The notes under the pieces were generated by a model that searched no databases, was not told where the DNA came from, and worked only from the letters and a program-made list of their open reading frames with translations. A stretch of DNA of 64,000 nucleotides, from the NCBI GenBank assembly GCA_918797485.1, contig CAKKNE010000003.1, forward strand, positions 2,666,001 to 2,730,000, in the 5' to 3' direction. The stretch is from Pelagomonas calceolata (Eukaryota). Each line of letters begins with the position of its first letter. Within the stretch, counting starts at the first letter, position 1. Below, piece by piece: positions 1-10,940 of the stretch. The position numbers and the translations under genes were made by a program.

Positions 1-393
1 CGCGAGGCCGGGGAGGCGATGCCGCGGCGGTTTGTGCATTTGGCGCCCGTCGATGACTTGGTGAAGCGGACGGGCGCCTTCGCCGACAAGCGCATCGAGA
101 CGCTGCGCGACACCGAGCGGAGCTGGAAGCAGACGTTTGGGGGGTTGGGCCGGTGCCTCCGGGCCGGGACGGTCCTCGGCCTGCCGAAGTTCGCGGATTC
201 GCGGCTCTTCCCCGCGCCCAAGGACCTGCGGCGCGTCGGTACCTGGGTGCACCTCGACGACCTGACGGACGCCGTGCTCGGGGCCTGCTTCGACGCCGAG
301 GCGTCGTCGGACCCCGTGCTCGTGGAGCCGTCGTCCGTGAGGACGATCGAGGCGGCGAAGGCGCGGCCCGCTAGGAGTAACTACTATCTTTAA
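1..393 (+). CDS. 3' end of a hypothetical protein (probably 5'-partial)
   Basis: Open frame with GC3-rich codon usage from the window edge to TAA at 391-393; no recognisable motif. Confidence 0.5.
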   Translation, partial: REAGEAMPRRFVHLAPVDDLVKRTGAFADKRIETLRDTERSWKQTFGGLGRCLRAGTVLGLPKFADSRLFPAPKDLRRVGTWVHLDDLTDAVLGACFDAEASSDPVLVEPSSVRTIEAAKARPARSNYYL

Positions 394-449
394 CTAGCCT
401 CTCCGGCGCCACGTCGCGGAGTCGCGAAGCGAAGAAGATAACAAAACTA

Positions 450-2552
450 TTACTCGGCCTTCAGGTCCGGCGGCTTCCGGGACACGCGCCTCTCCGGTAG
501 CTGCGCGCGCAGCGCCGGCAGGAGCACGGCCGCCAGAATGCAAAGGAGCGGCCCGTCCACAAAAGTATCCCCGTAGGTGATCCCAATAAAGCGCCGCAGG
601 CGGTTCGCCGTACTTTCTGAAGGCGCTTCCGGAGCGACGGGCCACTGTTGGGGCTCGACGACCTGCATCCGCAACAACGTCGAGTCGACCTTGGGGACGT
701 ACTCCTTGATCCGCGTTCTCTTCCAGTACTTCGTACAGTCACTCCCACACAACTCGGTACCGGGGATACTTCGAGCCCAGCGCGACGGCGCCCTCGTAAA
801 GTCGTAGTGGTAGAGCCAGGCCCGGACGAAGGCCGGCGGCTTCTCGCGGAAGGGGTACGCGTCCACATCTAACAGTTGCAAGGCGGCGTCGTTTGATGGT
901 ATTCTTGTAGTAATACGGTACATGAGGTGCAATAACCAAGGGTTGTGCTGGTAGTGACCTAACGCGGCGAACCAGAGCTGCCAATCTAACCTAGGTTGGT
1001 GCGGCGCCGTCCGCCGAGGTGCTCGTTCTTCGACGAACGGCGCATATCTAAAAGGGATCTCTTCCCACACTGAACCGTTGGTGGAGCCCTCGAGGACGAC
1101 GGCGGGCACTTCGACCAGTGAGGGAGGCAGACCGCCGTAGCCTCGGCCTTCCGAAGCGCCGACGCCCGTCATCCGCCGAAACAGACCGTAGGAGTTCGAT
1201 ACGCGGAACGGATCGACGTGCTCCTTCCAGCCTTGCGTCAGGCGCTGGCCCGTCGGCGTCGGTATCAAAGGTAGGATCGACCTATTTGCGAGGGAGCCCA
1301 TCGGTATTATAATGATACCCATGTGGGCTAGACAGATCGCGGCGAGACCGAGGTGGAACGCGTACGCGACCGCGCCCCTCACCCAACCTTTTTTGTGAGC
1401 GGACCGCCGCGCGTAGTCCGAGCCCGCAAGAGCGGCGACGCCGTACAAGTACGCGACGGGCCGCCAGTCCAAAACGGCGGTGAGCATGCCCGCGACGAAG
1501 TAGCGGTCCGCTCGGTTTTCTATCGTGAAGCCGTCCGGTCTACTCAGAGCTGTTTTGTACGGCTTCGTTAGGGTGAGCGGGAAGAGATGTGTTGAGGCGT
1601 AGATCAACGATACTAATGAAGAGAAGCAGGCCGCCCTCTTACAGCCTTTCCGCCTCCACCAGCGCTCCCACGCGTTTTCAGATTCATCAAAGTCGCCGGC
1701 CCACGCCGGAAGTAATAATATACAGGTGTGCAGGTTGAACCAGTTGTAGTTGCCCGTGTACTGGATGAGGATCTGCAAAGGTAACTGGATCAAAACACCG
1801 ACGCGCCGCATCGCCGTGATCGGGGCCAGCAAAAACCAGGGCGCTACGAGCTCGACCAGGAACATTATTGCGGTACCGAGTCGCAATAATAGTGGTGGAA
1901 AGGAGTGGAAGGCCCAGGCCTGGCGCGTGGGCAGGCACGTCGACGCGAAGTGGTACTCCAATGCTGTCAAACTTTGCCAGGTCGGGCAGTCGGCCGTCAC
2001 CTTGACCACTCCACTCATGACCATGAACTTGACCCATAATGCTCTAAGGGGCCAGGCCATGGGGTGGCCGTTGCTGAGTTGGCCTCTTGCACTGATAGTG
2101 AAGAAGGGGGCGTAGAGTATGCTGGCCGCACCGGTCTCCAAGAGAAATATGTCCCACTGAAATCCCAGCCACGTCTGCGAAATTGTATATAATGTCAGGT
2201 AGTTCATGAACAGCACCGCGAACAGTAAAGCGTGGTGGACGCCCAAAATACACAGCATGCCTCCGGCTATCCCTACTATTGAGATGCCTTCTATGGCCTG
2301 ATCGATCGACGCGTCGTCGTCAGCCACAAACCACAGCCAGCAGGGCAACCGCTTGAAGCCGTCGACCGGCGTGGCCCCGGCGTACTCGTGCTTCAGCTTG
2401 CGCCAGAAGCTCGCGGCCGGCAGCAGTCCATTCGTGCTGAGTAGACCGGGGAACTGGAGCCAGAAGCTCACGAAGGCGCAGGTGTAGACCACGCCTAATC
2501 CTGTCAAGTAGAGGCTCCTTGTGGTGGTCTTGCCGCGGAGGGAGGAGGCCAT
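450..2552 (-). CDS. Lipase maturation factor family membrane protein (LMF2-like)
   Basis: FQWDIFLLETG, SGVVKV, TGNYNWFN, NSYGLFRRMTG and APHQPRLDWQLWFAAL motifs; multiple TM helices; start placed at MASSLRG (2552). Confidence 0.92.
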   Translation of the reverse strand: MASSLRGKTTTRSLYLTGLGVVYTCAFVSFWLQFPGLLSTNGLLPAASFWRKLKHEYAGATPVDGFKRLPCWLWFVADDDASIDQAIEGISIVGIAGGMLCILGVHHALLFAVLFMNYLTLYTISQTWLGFQWDIFLLETGAASILYAPFFTISARGQLSNGHPMAWPLRALWVKFMVMSGVVKVTADCPTWQSLTALEYHFASTCLPTRQAWAFHSFPPLLLRLGTAIMFLVELVAPWFLLAPITAMRRVGVLIQLPLQILIQYTGNYNWFNLHTCILLLPAWAGDFDESENAWERWWRRKGCKRAACFSSLVSLIYASTHLFPLTLTKPYKTALSRPDGFTIENRADRYFVAGMLTAVLDWRPVAYLYGVAALAGSDYARRSAHKKGWVRGAVAYAFHLGLAAICLAHMGIIIIPMGSLANRSILPLIPTPTGQRLTQGWKEHVDPFRVSNSYGLFRRMTGVGASEGRGYGGLPPSLVEVPAVVLEGSTNGSVWEEIPFRYAPFVEERAPRRTAPHQPRLDWQLWFAALGHYQHNPWLLHLMYRITTRIPSNDAALQLLDVDAYPFREKPPAFVRAWLYHYDFTRAPSRWARSIPGTELCGSDCTKYWKRTRIKEYVPKVDSTLLRMQVVEPQQWPVAPEAPSESTANRLRRFIGITYGDTFVDGPLLCILAAVLLPALRAQLPERRVSRKPPDLKAE

Positions 2553-3019
2553 CGCTGCGATGCGTTTTGGAGGCCAGCAGCTCTTGTGCTCCTGCTGCCT
2601 GAGAGGTTTTGTTGGTGTGATGAGTCCCGTTGCCGAATAAGAACTGGACAGCACAACCGTTGCAAGAGATGCGCTTGCAGACTATCGCTTCGAAGCTTCG
2701 CCGCGATGGCTGCCGGCCGCGTTCCTCCTGGACTTGGCCCTTGGACTTGCTAGTGTCTTAGGCCGCTAGCCCACGCGTGTTTCGATACTCATCCACCCGT
2801 CCACAGGAGCCCTCCGCCTGGCCAGCCATCGCTCGCGACCGCAGCCTCCAGGCCCCCGCGCGACGGGCAGCGCGGTTGGCCACAGCCGGCTGCCCGAGGG
2901 TGCGCGCCGCAGGGCTCGAGGCTGCGACCGCTGCGGCTGCCCCTGGCGGTGGTGTAGCAAGGCCCGACCGCGGGCGCACCGCTGCGGCGACGCGGGCTGC
3001 CTGCCCCGAGCCGGCAACG

Positions 3020-6000
3020 ATGCCCTCCCGCGCCAGTCGAGACGAGGCGCCGCCGCCCATCCCCGCTTCAGGTGATGCGGACCAAATCCATAAACTCATG
3101 CAGAAGAAAATTGCTCAATTAACAAAGGTTGTGTACCACGTCAATACTACCAATGAAGATCACCAGTCGGAGCTCGCCGCATTAAAAAAACAACATAGGG
3201 AAGAGCTCGCGCGGGTTTCGAGGGACGCCGCGAAGCGCGTGAAGGAGATCGGCGACGCTGCGTCGGCGACCGACGGCGGGCTGAAGAAGAAGCTTGAGAA
3301 TCTCATCAGTGCGCATGCGCGCGACAAAGCTTCAGCGCAGACGAAAGCTCGTGAATGTGTAAACCAGGCCCTTCAGAAGGCCCATTCCTCGCATGAGGCG
3401 GAGATGAATGACTTGAGGAAGGTCGTGAAGGATCTGGAGGAGAGGTTCCGTGCGGCTCAAAATGTTTTCGAGACTACGGTAGAAAAATTGGAAAACGGCT
3501 CGAACAAGAAGTCGGAACAGCTGGAGAAGGATCTGATGAAGCTGCAGAAACAATTGGACGAGAAGGACGCTCTGCTGAGGGAGGGCGGCGAGTGGCGGGG
3601 CAAGCATGACCAACTGATGGCCGCGAATGAAGCGTTGCGCCAGGAGCTCGAGGAGCGCTACAAAGATGGCTTTGCGAAGGGCAGGGCCGAGGCCGAAGGC
3701 GCGTTCGAAGCGAGGTTAGGGCGATTAAGAGCTGAACTCAAGGGCGAACACGAGGATGCGATGGCAAAACAAGCGAAGCAGCTCCGAACGGAGAAGGACG
3801 AGGTCCTAAAACTGCAGGAGCAGCGGCATACGGCTGAATTGGAGGAATTGTCGAAGAACGCTTTGTTAGATGCCGAGCACGCTTCGCGACTCGAGAAGGC
3901 CCTTAAGGAAGCCAACAGTGAACTGGAGACGTTGCGGACTGACCTCAAGGCCAAGGATGAGGAGATTGAGAGGTTGAGAGACGACGCTTTGCGCCAACGA
4001 GGCGACGCCTCCGAAGAGTTGCAACGAGCCTTGGACGCGCAGCGCGTCCTCGAGCAAGCGAACAGCGCCCTGGGCAAGGACAACGCCGCCAAGTCGAAAG
4101 CTCTGAGGGATAGTGCCGACGCGACCGACGCGTTACAAACTAGATATGATGCCTTAGCGAGGATGACGGATTCCGAGCTGTCCAAGCGCGACGGCCAGCT
4201 CGCCGAGAAGGACCAACAGATCGACGCGTTACGTAAGGAGCGCGACGCGTTGCGCGATTCGCATGCGTCGTCGGCGTCGGACGCGTCGGTCGCCGAGGCT
4301 ACTATTCAGAAGCTCCGTTCAGAACTCGCGGAGCTCAAGCGGTCGTCATCGAAGCAGATCGAGGCGCTCCAAAGTGATTTGAAGGCCTCGAAGCAGACTC
4401 TCAGAGATACGCAAGCACAAAGTGAAGCCCAGCTTTCATCCTTGAAAGACCAGATCGAAGCCACCAAGGCCAAGGGCAAAGAGGCTCTAGAGGCCCAACG
4501 GAAGAGGTCAGCAGAGCGCGAACACAAGGCCCAGAAGGAACATAAAGCGTCGATAGAGGATCTGCAAAAGCAACTACGCGAGGCCCTCGAGAAGAACGCG
4601 CAAGAAAACGCGTTAGTGCAGGGGTCGCGGCAGAAGCTCGAAAAAGATCTGAAGGATGCGCTCCAACGGTGTGGAGCTGCAGAGGCCGAGTCCGTGAGGC
4701 AGCAGCAGCTGACGCAGTCTCTGAAATCGCAAGTGGAGGAGTTGCGACGGCAACTCGCGTCGGAGGGTCGCGAGGCCCAAGAGCGGCTGAAGCGGGAGCT
4801 CCAGGCGGTGGAGGCGGCATCTTCGAAACGATTGCAGAAGGAATTGAGCGACCTTGAAAGTAGGTTGACGAAGGAATCTAGTGAGGCTGTGGCGCGGTTA
4901 GAAGCGGCACATGCGGAGGCGCTGGCCACGTTGGAGCAGCGGCGGCTCGACGACCTCGCTTCGACGCAAGCCGAGGCTGATAAACTCTTTGCGGAGGCCA
5001 CGGCTAAAGCCGACGCGGCTCTTGCAAAAGCGACGAAGCGCTACGAGGCCGCGGAGACTGCTCTTGCGAAGGCGACGGCCGACCTCGAGCGGGCGCGGGC
5101 CGCCATCGAAACGGCGTCGCAGGACGCGCATGCGCTCGTGAAGGTGCGCGACGCGACGATTCAGGAGCTTCGGGAGACGATACGGGACCTGGAGGCGACG
5201 CTCGCCGACGTCCGGTCAGATGCTCAGCGGACGCGCGACGACCTCTCGCAGCGTTTGGAGGAGGCGGAGGCCTCCGCGCGTCAATTCGCCGCCGATCTGG
5301 AGGAAGCAAAAAGCGAGATCGATGCGTTACGAAAGAATGCTGAAGCCGCGTCGAAGGCGCACGGCGAGGAGCTGGCCAAGGCCGAGGCCCACCGTCGTCA
5401 AAAGCTGCGCGAGGCCGTGAAACGGGCAGCCCGCGTGCAGGCCCTCGAGGGTTTCCTGCAGGCGGCGAAGGAGGCCGCGGTCCGGCGCGCCGAACAGGAC
5501 GCGCTCGACGCCGACCGCGCGTTGGCCAAGGCGGCCTGTGCGGCCGCGCAGTTCGCGCTGGAACTCAATAACACGTGGCAGGGCAATTCTGAGAACGACA
5601 AGCGCGAGTTTGCGGAACGGTTCGCGGCCATGGAGAAGGCTAGGGATGCGGCGCTCGAGGACGGCCGCGTCGCTCTTGTTGAGTTAAAACGGCAGCACGA
5701 CGACGCCATGACTACTTTGAGACGCGAAGCCGATGAGAGGGAAACGGCCGCCTCGGCTTATTTGGATTCTGAGAGAAGACGGCTCGAGGACGAACGCGAC
5801 GAGCTCCTCGCGAAGGCGGCAAGTGAGGCGGATAAACGCCACGCGACCATGGTCGAGGCCTTCGAGAGCGAACGACGGCGGACGGAAGGTTTGTTAAGAG
5901 ACGCGCAAGCGAAGTACGACGAATTAGATCGCAAGTATACCAATCGGCCGTCGCGCCCGGAAGACGTCGAGCGGATAGCCACGCTGGAACGGGAGAACGA

Positions 6001-6190
6001 GGAGGCCCTCCGAGACGTGGCACGGATGAAGGAGGAGCTCGTCTACTTCAAGCGGGAATTGATCAACCGGGAAGAGAACTTCAACTCGCGCTTTGCAGCC
6101 GGCGGAGCATTGGGCGCGACGGTGGGCGTCATGAACGTGCTCAACACGGGGAAAGCTAGAACAAAGAAGCCGAAGAACGGCTTCCGATAA
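3020..6190 (+). CDS. FAM184-like long coiled-coil protein
   Basis: N-terminal MQKKIAQLTKVVYHVNTTNEDH and C-terminal SRPED...ELINREENFNSRF resemble FAM184A/B termini; coiled coil between them. Confidence 0.8.
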   Translation: MPSRASRDEAPPPIPASGDADQIHKLMQKKIAQLTKVVYHVNTTNEDHQSELAALKKQHREELARVSRDAAKRVKEIGDAASATDGGLKKKLENLISAHARDKASAQTKARECVNQALQKAHSSHEAEMNDLRKVVKDLEERFRAAQNVFETTVEKLENGSNKKSEQLEKDLMKLQKQLDEKDALLREGGEWRGKHDQLMAANEALRQELEERYKDGFAKGRAEAEGAFEARLGRLRAELKGEHEDAMAKQAKQLRTEKDEVLKLQEQRHTAELEELSKNALLDAEHASRLEKALKEANSELETLRTDLKAKDEEIERLRDDALRQRGDASEELQRALDAQRVLEQANSALGKDNAAKSKALRDSADATDALQTRYDALARMTDSELSKRDGQLAEKDQQIDALRKERDALRDSHASSASDASVAEATIQKLRSELAELKRSSSKQIEALQSDLKASKQTLRDTQAQSEAQLSSLKDQIEATKAKGKEALEAQRKRSAEREHKAQKEHKASIEDLQKQLREALEKNAQENALVQGSRQKLEKDLKDALQRCGAAEAESVRQQQLTQSLKSQVEELRRQLASEGREAQERLKRELQAVEAASSKRLQKELSDLESRLTKESSEAVARLEAAHAEALATLEQRRLDDLASTQAEADKLFAEATAKADAALAKATKRYEAAETALAKATADLERARAAIETASQDAHALVKVRDATIQELRETIRDLEATLADVRSDAQRTRDDLSQRLEEAEASARQFAADLEEAKSEIDALRKNAEAASKAHGEELAKAEAHRRQKLREAVKRAARVQALEGFLQAAKEAAVRRAEQDALDADRALAKAACAAAQFALELNNTWQGNSENDKREFAERFAAMEKARDAALEDGRVALVELKRQHDDAMTTLRREADERETAASAYLDSERRRLEDERDELLAKAASEADKRHATMVEAFESERRRTEGLLRDAQAKYDELDRKYTNRPSRPEDVERIATLERENEEALRDVARMKEELVYFKRELINREENFNSRFAAGGALGATVGVMNVLNTGKARTKKPKNGFR

Positions 6191-6206
6191 GTAGACAGTT
6201 GTGTTA

Positions 6207-7475
6207 TTACCAGAGAGACGATGGGGGCCCCGCCGGCGGCCGGACCAGCAGTCTCAGGTCCCGGCCCGGCGTCAGGCGCTTGAGGAAAATCCTACGACCA
6301 TATCTCTGCTTCATGGCCTCGGGGAACGTCTCCTCCACCACATCATCGACCAGCCCCAGCTTCAGCGCCGTGAGCGCGCCGTGCACGCTCCCGTCGAACA
6401 ACCCCGCGCCCCGTTGTGCGCGCCGGTGCCGCGTCAGAATACGGTTCGGCCAGCACGCCGCCAGCGCCGCTGGACTCAGAGAAGGCCAGGACGTGCACTG
6501 CGCCTGAGCTGCTAAATCTGCGGCCGCGTAGTACTGCAATCGGTCTCCTCGGCCCTCCTTCACGGCCGTGACGAACCTATCATGCAGCTCTTTCAATATA
6601 GCCTTTTCTCTCGCTACTCCTGGTCGAGTTTTGGGTAAATACGGATCAAGCCCGGCCTTCGCGTCCCCGGCGGCCAATATACGTCTCTCGACGCCGTCCT
6701 TCCTCAATGCCCTGTGAAATCCAAAGCCCCTTTGTATGACACCAATCGATCCCACCAAAGCACAAGGAGAGGCAATAATAGAATCGGCGGCCGACGCGGC
6801 GAAGTAGCCGCCCGAGGTACAGAGTTCGTCGACATAAGCTAGTACTTCTGGCGGTGACGAGGGTTTCATGCGTGTCACGAAGCGCAGGAACCGCCGATGA
6901 AACCGGTTGATCCTCTTCTCGTGGTTTCGAGCGGCTCTATTTTTAAGGGACTTGAGTCGCGCGTGGAGCAACGCGCTTTCCGACGCCGTGCCGCCCGGCG
7001 ACGCTATTCTCAATACGACGGCTTTCGCCTTGCGGATGGAAAAGGCCCTATCTAGAGCTCTTTCGACTCTTCGGACACTCACCAACCCATCATCTTGTAT
7101 ATCTGTGTTGTCCGCGTTGTACAGACACCACATACCACTGTTGACGAAGCCGCGGTCGTCCGCAATAACACCTCGTAACTCTATGACGACCACAGTTCTG
7201 TAAAAACTGCGCATCATCGCTTCGCCCAACAGCATTGATCCAGCCCTCACCAAACCGATGCCTAACACGAGAGACCACTTGACGATCTGGATTAAGAGCT
7301 GCGCGTCTCCTAATAAGTTGCGCAACGACAGAGCGCGCGGCGGCTCCTTCGGTGACGGTGCGAGCGGCTTGTCCTTTTTCGGGGGCTTTTCGGTCATCGT
7401 CGGCAGCGCGTATTTAGCGCGGCGCAGGCCCGACGCCGCCGCGACGCACACGAGGAAAACGAGGCAGCGCCTCAT
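6207..7475 (-). CDS. Signal peptide peptidase SppA / peptidase S49 family
   Basis: AVVLRIASPGG, CTSGGYFAASAAD, VGSIGVI and ALKLGLVD motifs; N-terminal signal peptide. Confidence 0.9.
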   Translation of the reverse strand: MRRCLVFLVCVAAASGLRRAKYALPTMTEKPPKKDKPLAPSPKEPPRALSLRNLLGDAQLLIQIVKWSLVLGIGLVRAGSMLLGEAMMRSFYRTVVVIELRGVIADDRGFVNSGMWCLYNADNTDIQDDGLVSVRRVERALDRAFSIRKAKAVVLRIASPGGTASESALLHARLKSLKNRAARNHEKRINRFHRRFLRFVTRMKPSSPPEVLAYVDELCTSGGYFAASAADSIIASPCALVGSIGVIQRGFGFHRALRKDGVERRILAAGDAKAGLDPYLPKTRPGVAREKAILKELHDRFVTAVKEGRGDRLQYYAAADLAAQAQCTSWPSLSPAALAACWPNRILTRHRRAQRGAGLFDGSVHGALTALKLGLVDDVVEETFPEAMKQRYGRRIFLKRLTPGRDLRLLVRPPAGPPSSLW

Positions 7476-7808
7476 TTTGGCAGGTGTCTGGCAGGGCTGG
7501 TGGCGCACTGCGGCGCGAATCGCTGGTGACTCGGCGGCGGCTGCGAACTAGTGAACTGCTCGAGCAAATTTCCGTAAGAGCTCGCCTCGCGTCGCGGCCG
7601 CCTTTTCACAGTTGGCTTGCCTGAGCTTGCTAGTGTCTTACAACGGTAGCTCACGGGTCGCAAAAGCCCACTAGTCCTAGCACCGTAGCATCGACCGACG
7701 CAAAAGCCGCGCTCCGGGAACGGTTGGCTCGAAAATCCCATATACTTCGTTCTTGGGATGCGGACGCGGACGTCGCCAACACAGTTTTTGATCACACACG
7801 AAACAAAA

Positions 7809-8561
7809 TTAATCCGCGACGACAACCGCCGCGAGGTGCGCCCGGAGCGCGTCGACGCCGGCGCCCGTCTTCGCGGCGACGACGTGGACGACCGGAACTA
7901 GCGAGGAGAGCTTGCGCGAGAAGCGCTCTTCAACTGCCTCGAGCGCCTCCACAATATCGCGAGCCGAGGCGCGGTCGCCCTTTGTGAGCACGACGGAGTG
8001 CGCGACGCGGAGCGAGTCGAAGGCGTCCAACAACTGCTCGTCGGGCCCGCGCCGCGCGTCGCATAATACCAAAGCGTGCCTCAAAATGCTCCGCGGCCGC
8101 GCCGCGAGGTACTCCGCCGAACTCTCCATAAATGCCGCCCGCTCGGCTTTGGATCGCCTAGCGTAGCCGACGCCGGGCAGATCCACCAAGAAGCACGCCG
8201 CGTGTTTTGCAGCTCTCGCGGCGTCCTCCTTTCTCGAAGTGACGGCGAAGAATCTTGGGGTAGTCGTCCTGCCAGGCTTCCTCGACGTCCTTACGAGCTT
8301 CGCATCACCTAACAACGCCCCCACCAACGTGCTCTTGCCCACGTTGCTCCGGCCGGCGACGGCGACCTCCGGGATTTGACCAGAGGGCAGCTCGTAGCCC
8401 AGAACTTTGGGCGGCACGTAGCAGGCGTGGCGGCCGAAGACCGTCTGGCGAGGTGTGTTTTCTAGCTCGACGCCGTAGGTCCAGACGCTGGGCGCGGCGC
8501 GCTGCCAGCTGGCCCAGCGCACGCCTCGCAGCGCTCGCGTTACGGGCCGAGCGCATCGCAT
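7809..8561 (-). CDS. EngB/YihA-type ribosome-biogenesis GTPase (organelle-targeted)
   Basis: G1 GRSNVGKS, G2 KPGRT, G3 DLPGVGY, G4 TKGD; Arg-rich transit-like N-terminus. Confidence 0.92.
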   Translation of the reverse strand: MRCARPVTRALRGVRWASWQRAAPSVWTYGVELENTPRQTVFGRHACYVPPKVLGYELPSGQIPEVAVAGRSNVGKSTLVGALLGDAKLVRTSRKPGRTTTPRFFAVTSRKEDAARAAKHAACFLVDLPGVGYARRSKAERAAFMESSAEYLAARPRSILRHALVLCDARRGPDEQLLDAFDSLRVAHSVVLTKGDRASARDIVEALEAVEERFSRKLSSLVPVVHVVAAKTGAGVDALRAHLAAVVVAD

Positions 8562-8729
8562 GGCTGCGCAGCGCTCCTGAAAACGTGCGTCACGAGCTAT
8601 TGGGCATCCATGCGGCTCGTCTCAGCTTGGACGCTCGCTAGCTAGCGCATGTAACACACTAGCAAACAGGCCTGAGGGGCTGCTTTTTTCACTCTCGTCT
8701 AACTCCGCGCATAGGGAATCGAAAAGGAT

Positions 8730-10927
8730 ATGGAGCAGCCAAGTTCTTCGTCCGATGGCCCACCGGCAGCCACAGCCCCAGAAAATTCAGCAACCGCCGT
8801 GGCGCCGCGTGCCAGTGAAAACTCTTCAGCAGCTCCTCCCACGCAAAGCGAGACAACAGCGGCACCACAGGCTGCCACCGAGGCCTTTGACGCGGCACCG
8901 CTCGCTGGCGGCGATGCCCAAGCACTCCCCCCGGGTGCCACGGTAGCCCCGCCCCGCTTCGACCTCCACGCCGCGCCGGACGCGAACCTGAACCTGCGGC
9001 TGAGTCCGTCAGAAGACGGCTGGGGCGGCGCCCTCGCCTTCGGCGGCGCCGACGACCCGCTGCCGCTCGCCGACGTGCCCGGCAACCCCGAGACCGCGGC
9101 GCTCCGGCGCAAGGCGGCGCTCTACCGTATCCCCTCAGCGGCGGAGCTCGAGGCCGTGGTGCCGGCCGCGGCCGCTCCGGCCGCGGCGCCAGCCGCTGCG
9201 ACGCCAGCCGCTGCGCCGCCAGCCGCAGCGCCAGCCGTGGCAGCGCCGGCCGCCGCGCCCCTGGTGCCGCACCCGGAGCCCGCCGCGACGCCAGCCGCCG
9301 AGACAGCCGCGCCACCAGCCGAAGCCACGGAAACGCGCGCCGCGCCCGCGCCGTCCTGCGACGCCATGCCGCCGCCGGCGCCCGTCCAGAAACCGCAAAA
9401 AACGCTCATCGTCACGCACTTGGAATGCGCGAACCATGTCACGCCGGCGCTCATGGGCACCGATTATGTGGCCGGCGCGGCGGCGCCCTTCGCGTCCCCG
9501 GAGCAGCCCGAGCGCGTCAAGGCCGTCTGGGCCGCGCTGAAGCAGTGCGCCTGGACCTGCGGCGGCACCAAGATCGTCGATACTGTTGAATTGGCGACGT
9601 CGCCCACCTTGAATCGGGGCCTGAACGACACGCTCGAGCGCTTCGCGTCGCCGGAGACTGGGCCGTTTGAAGGCCCTCCAGGCGCGCCGAAGCGGCAGTC
9701 ACCGACGCGGACGGCGTCCGTCGAATTTTTGTTCGACGACTTGGAGCCCGTCGTTTTGCGCGTGCACGTGCGATCTCGGCGTCCCGCGATGCTGCGGTGC
9801 CTTCACGCCATCGACGCGACTCGTTTCCATCAGACGAGGTCGTGGGTGGTTTCTTTTTCGATTTTGAGGCCATTCGGACCGCGATGCCCGCGCAGGACTT
9901 CGACTACCTGTCGAGAGTAGCGACGCACGTCGAGGCCTTGCAGCGCGCCGAAGCCGGTGTTTCCGAAGCGACGGAGACAAAAAGGACACTGCTGCGATGC
10001 GTCTCAACAACACTAACCGGAGATACGTTCGCCTGCGCTAGAAGTTTACACGCTGCTTTATGTGCCTCCTACACGGTCTGCAAGGCCATTGACACTGTAG
10101 TCAGAGGAGAGTACCGCAACGCGTTCTGCGTCGTGCGGCCTCCCGGTCATCATGCCGGCCAAAGTGGATCAACAAGAAAGGACCAGAAGGCGCCCGACGA
10201 AGACGAGCCCGGGTTGGTCGGCCAAGGCTTCTGCCTGATTAATCACGTGGCCGTCGGTGCGCGGCACGCGTTGGCGCGGCACGGTAGTACCATCAAGAAG
10301 GTTGTGGTAATTGACTGGGACCTCCACCACGGCAACGGGACGGAACAAATTCTCAGTGATCCGGACGGGCCTTTAGCTAGGGAAGGGTTGCGGGATAGGG
10401 TCTTGTTTTGCTCCATCCACGGCGCCGGGCCCGACGACGCGCCCCTGTATCCGGGAACCAGGCGAGAGCCTTCGACGACACCTGCTCTGAATGTACCGCT
10501 GAAGCGGGGCTCGGGGCCCGCGGAGTTTCTGCGAGGGTTTCAGCAGATTTTGGACGCCGCCGAAGCCTTCAATCCCGACTTGATCCTCATCTCGGCGGGT
10601 TTCGACGCCCATAAAGACGACATGTTCCGGTTTTTGCGACTGAACGACCAGTGCTACCGCGACATGACGAAGCGCGTCATGGATTTGGCGTATCGGGTGT
10701 GTGGTGGTCGAATTGTATCCTTGCTGGAAGGTGGGTATACGATCTCAACATTAGTACGCTGCAGCGTCGTCCACGCTAGGGCACTAGCGACGTACGGCCA
10801 GCCCGGCGCCGTCGCCGGCGTGACGCCGGCGTCGCGCCAACCACCGCCACGACGACCAGCACCTCCACGAGAAGAAGAGCCGTCGCGGAAGCGCGCGCGG
10901 CGCGCGCCGAAGAAGATGGATGTCTAA
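8730..10927 (+). CDS. Class II-type histone deacetylase family protein, 2 exons (8730-9767, 9896-10927)
   Basis: PEQPERV, RPPGHHA, GFCLIN, DWDLHHGNGT, SAGFDAH and LEGGY motifs. Removing GT..AG intron 9768-9895 joins the two ORFs in frame as LRVH|DFDYL. Ala/Pro-rich N-terminus. Confidence 0.88.
9768..9895 (+). other. Spliceosomal intron (128 nt), repeated-intron family B
   Basis: GTGCGATCTCGGCGTCC...CCCGCGCAG; restores the HDAC frame; contains CACGCCATCGACGCGAC (9804-9820), shared with the BCAT intron. Confidence 0.85.
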
Positions 10928-10940
10928 TAACCTTAGCAAG

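Noticed and set aside
9160..9330. GCCAGCCG-type repeats
   Set aside because: They simply encode the Ala/Pro-rich low-complexity HDAC N-terminus.
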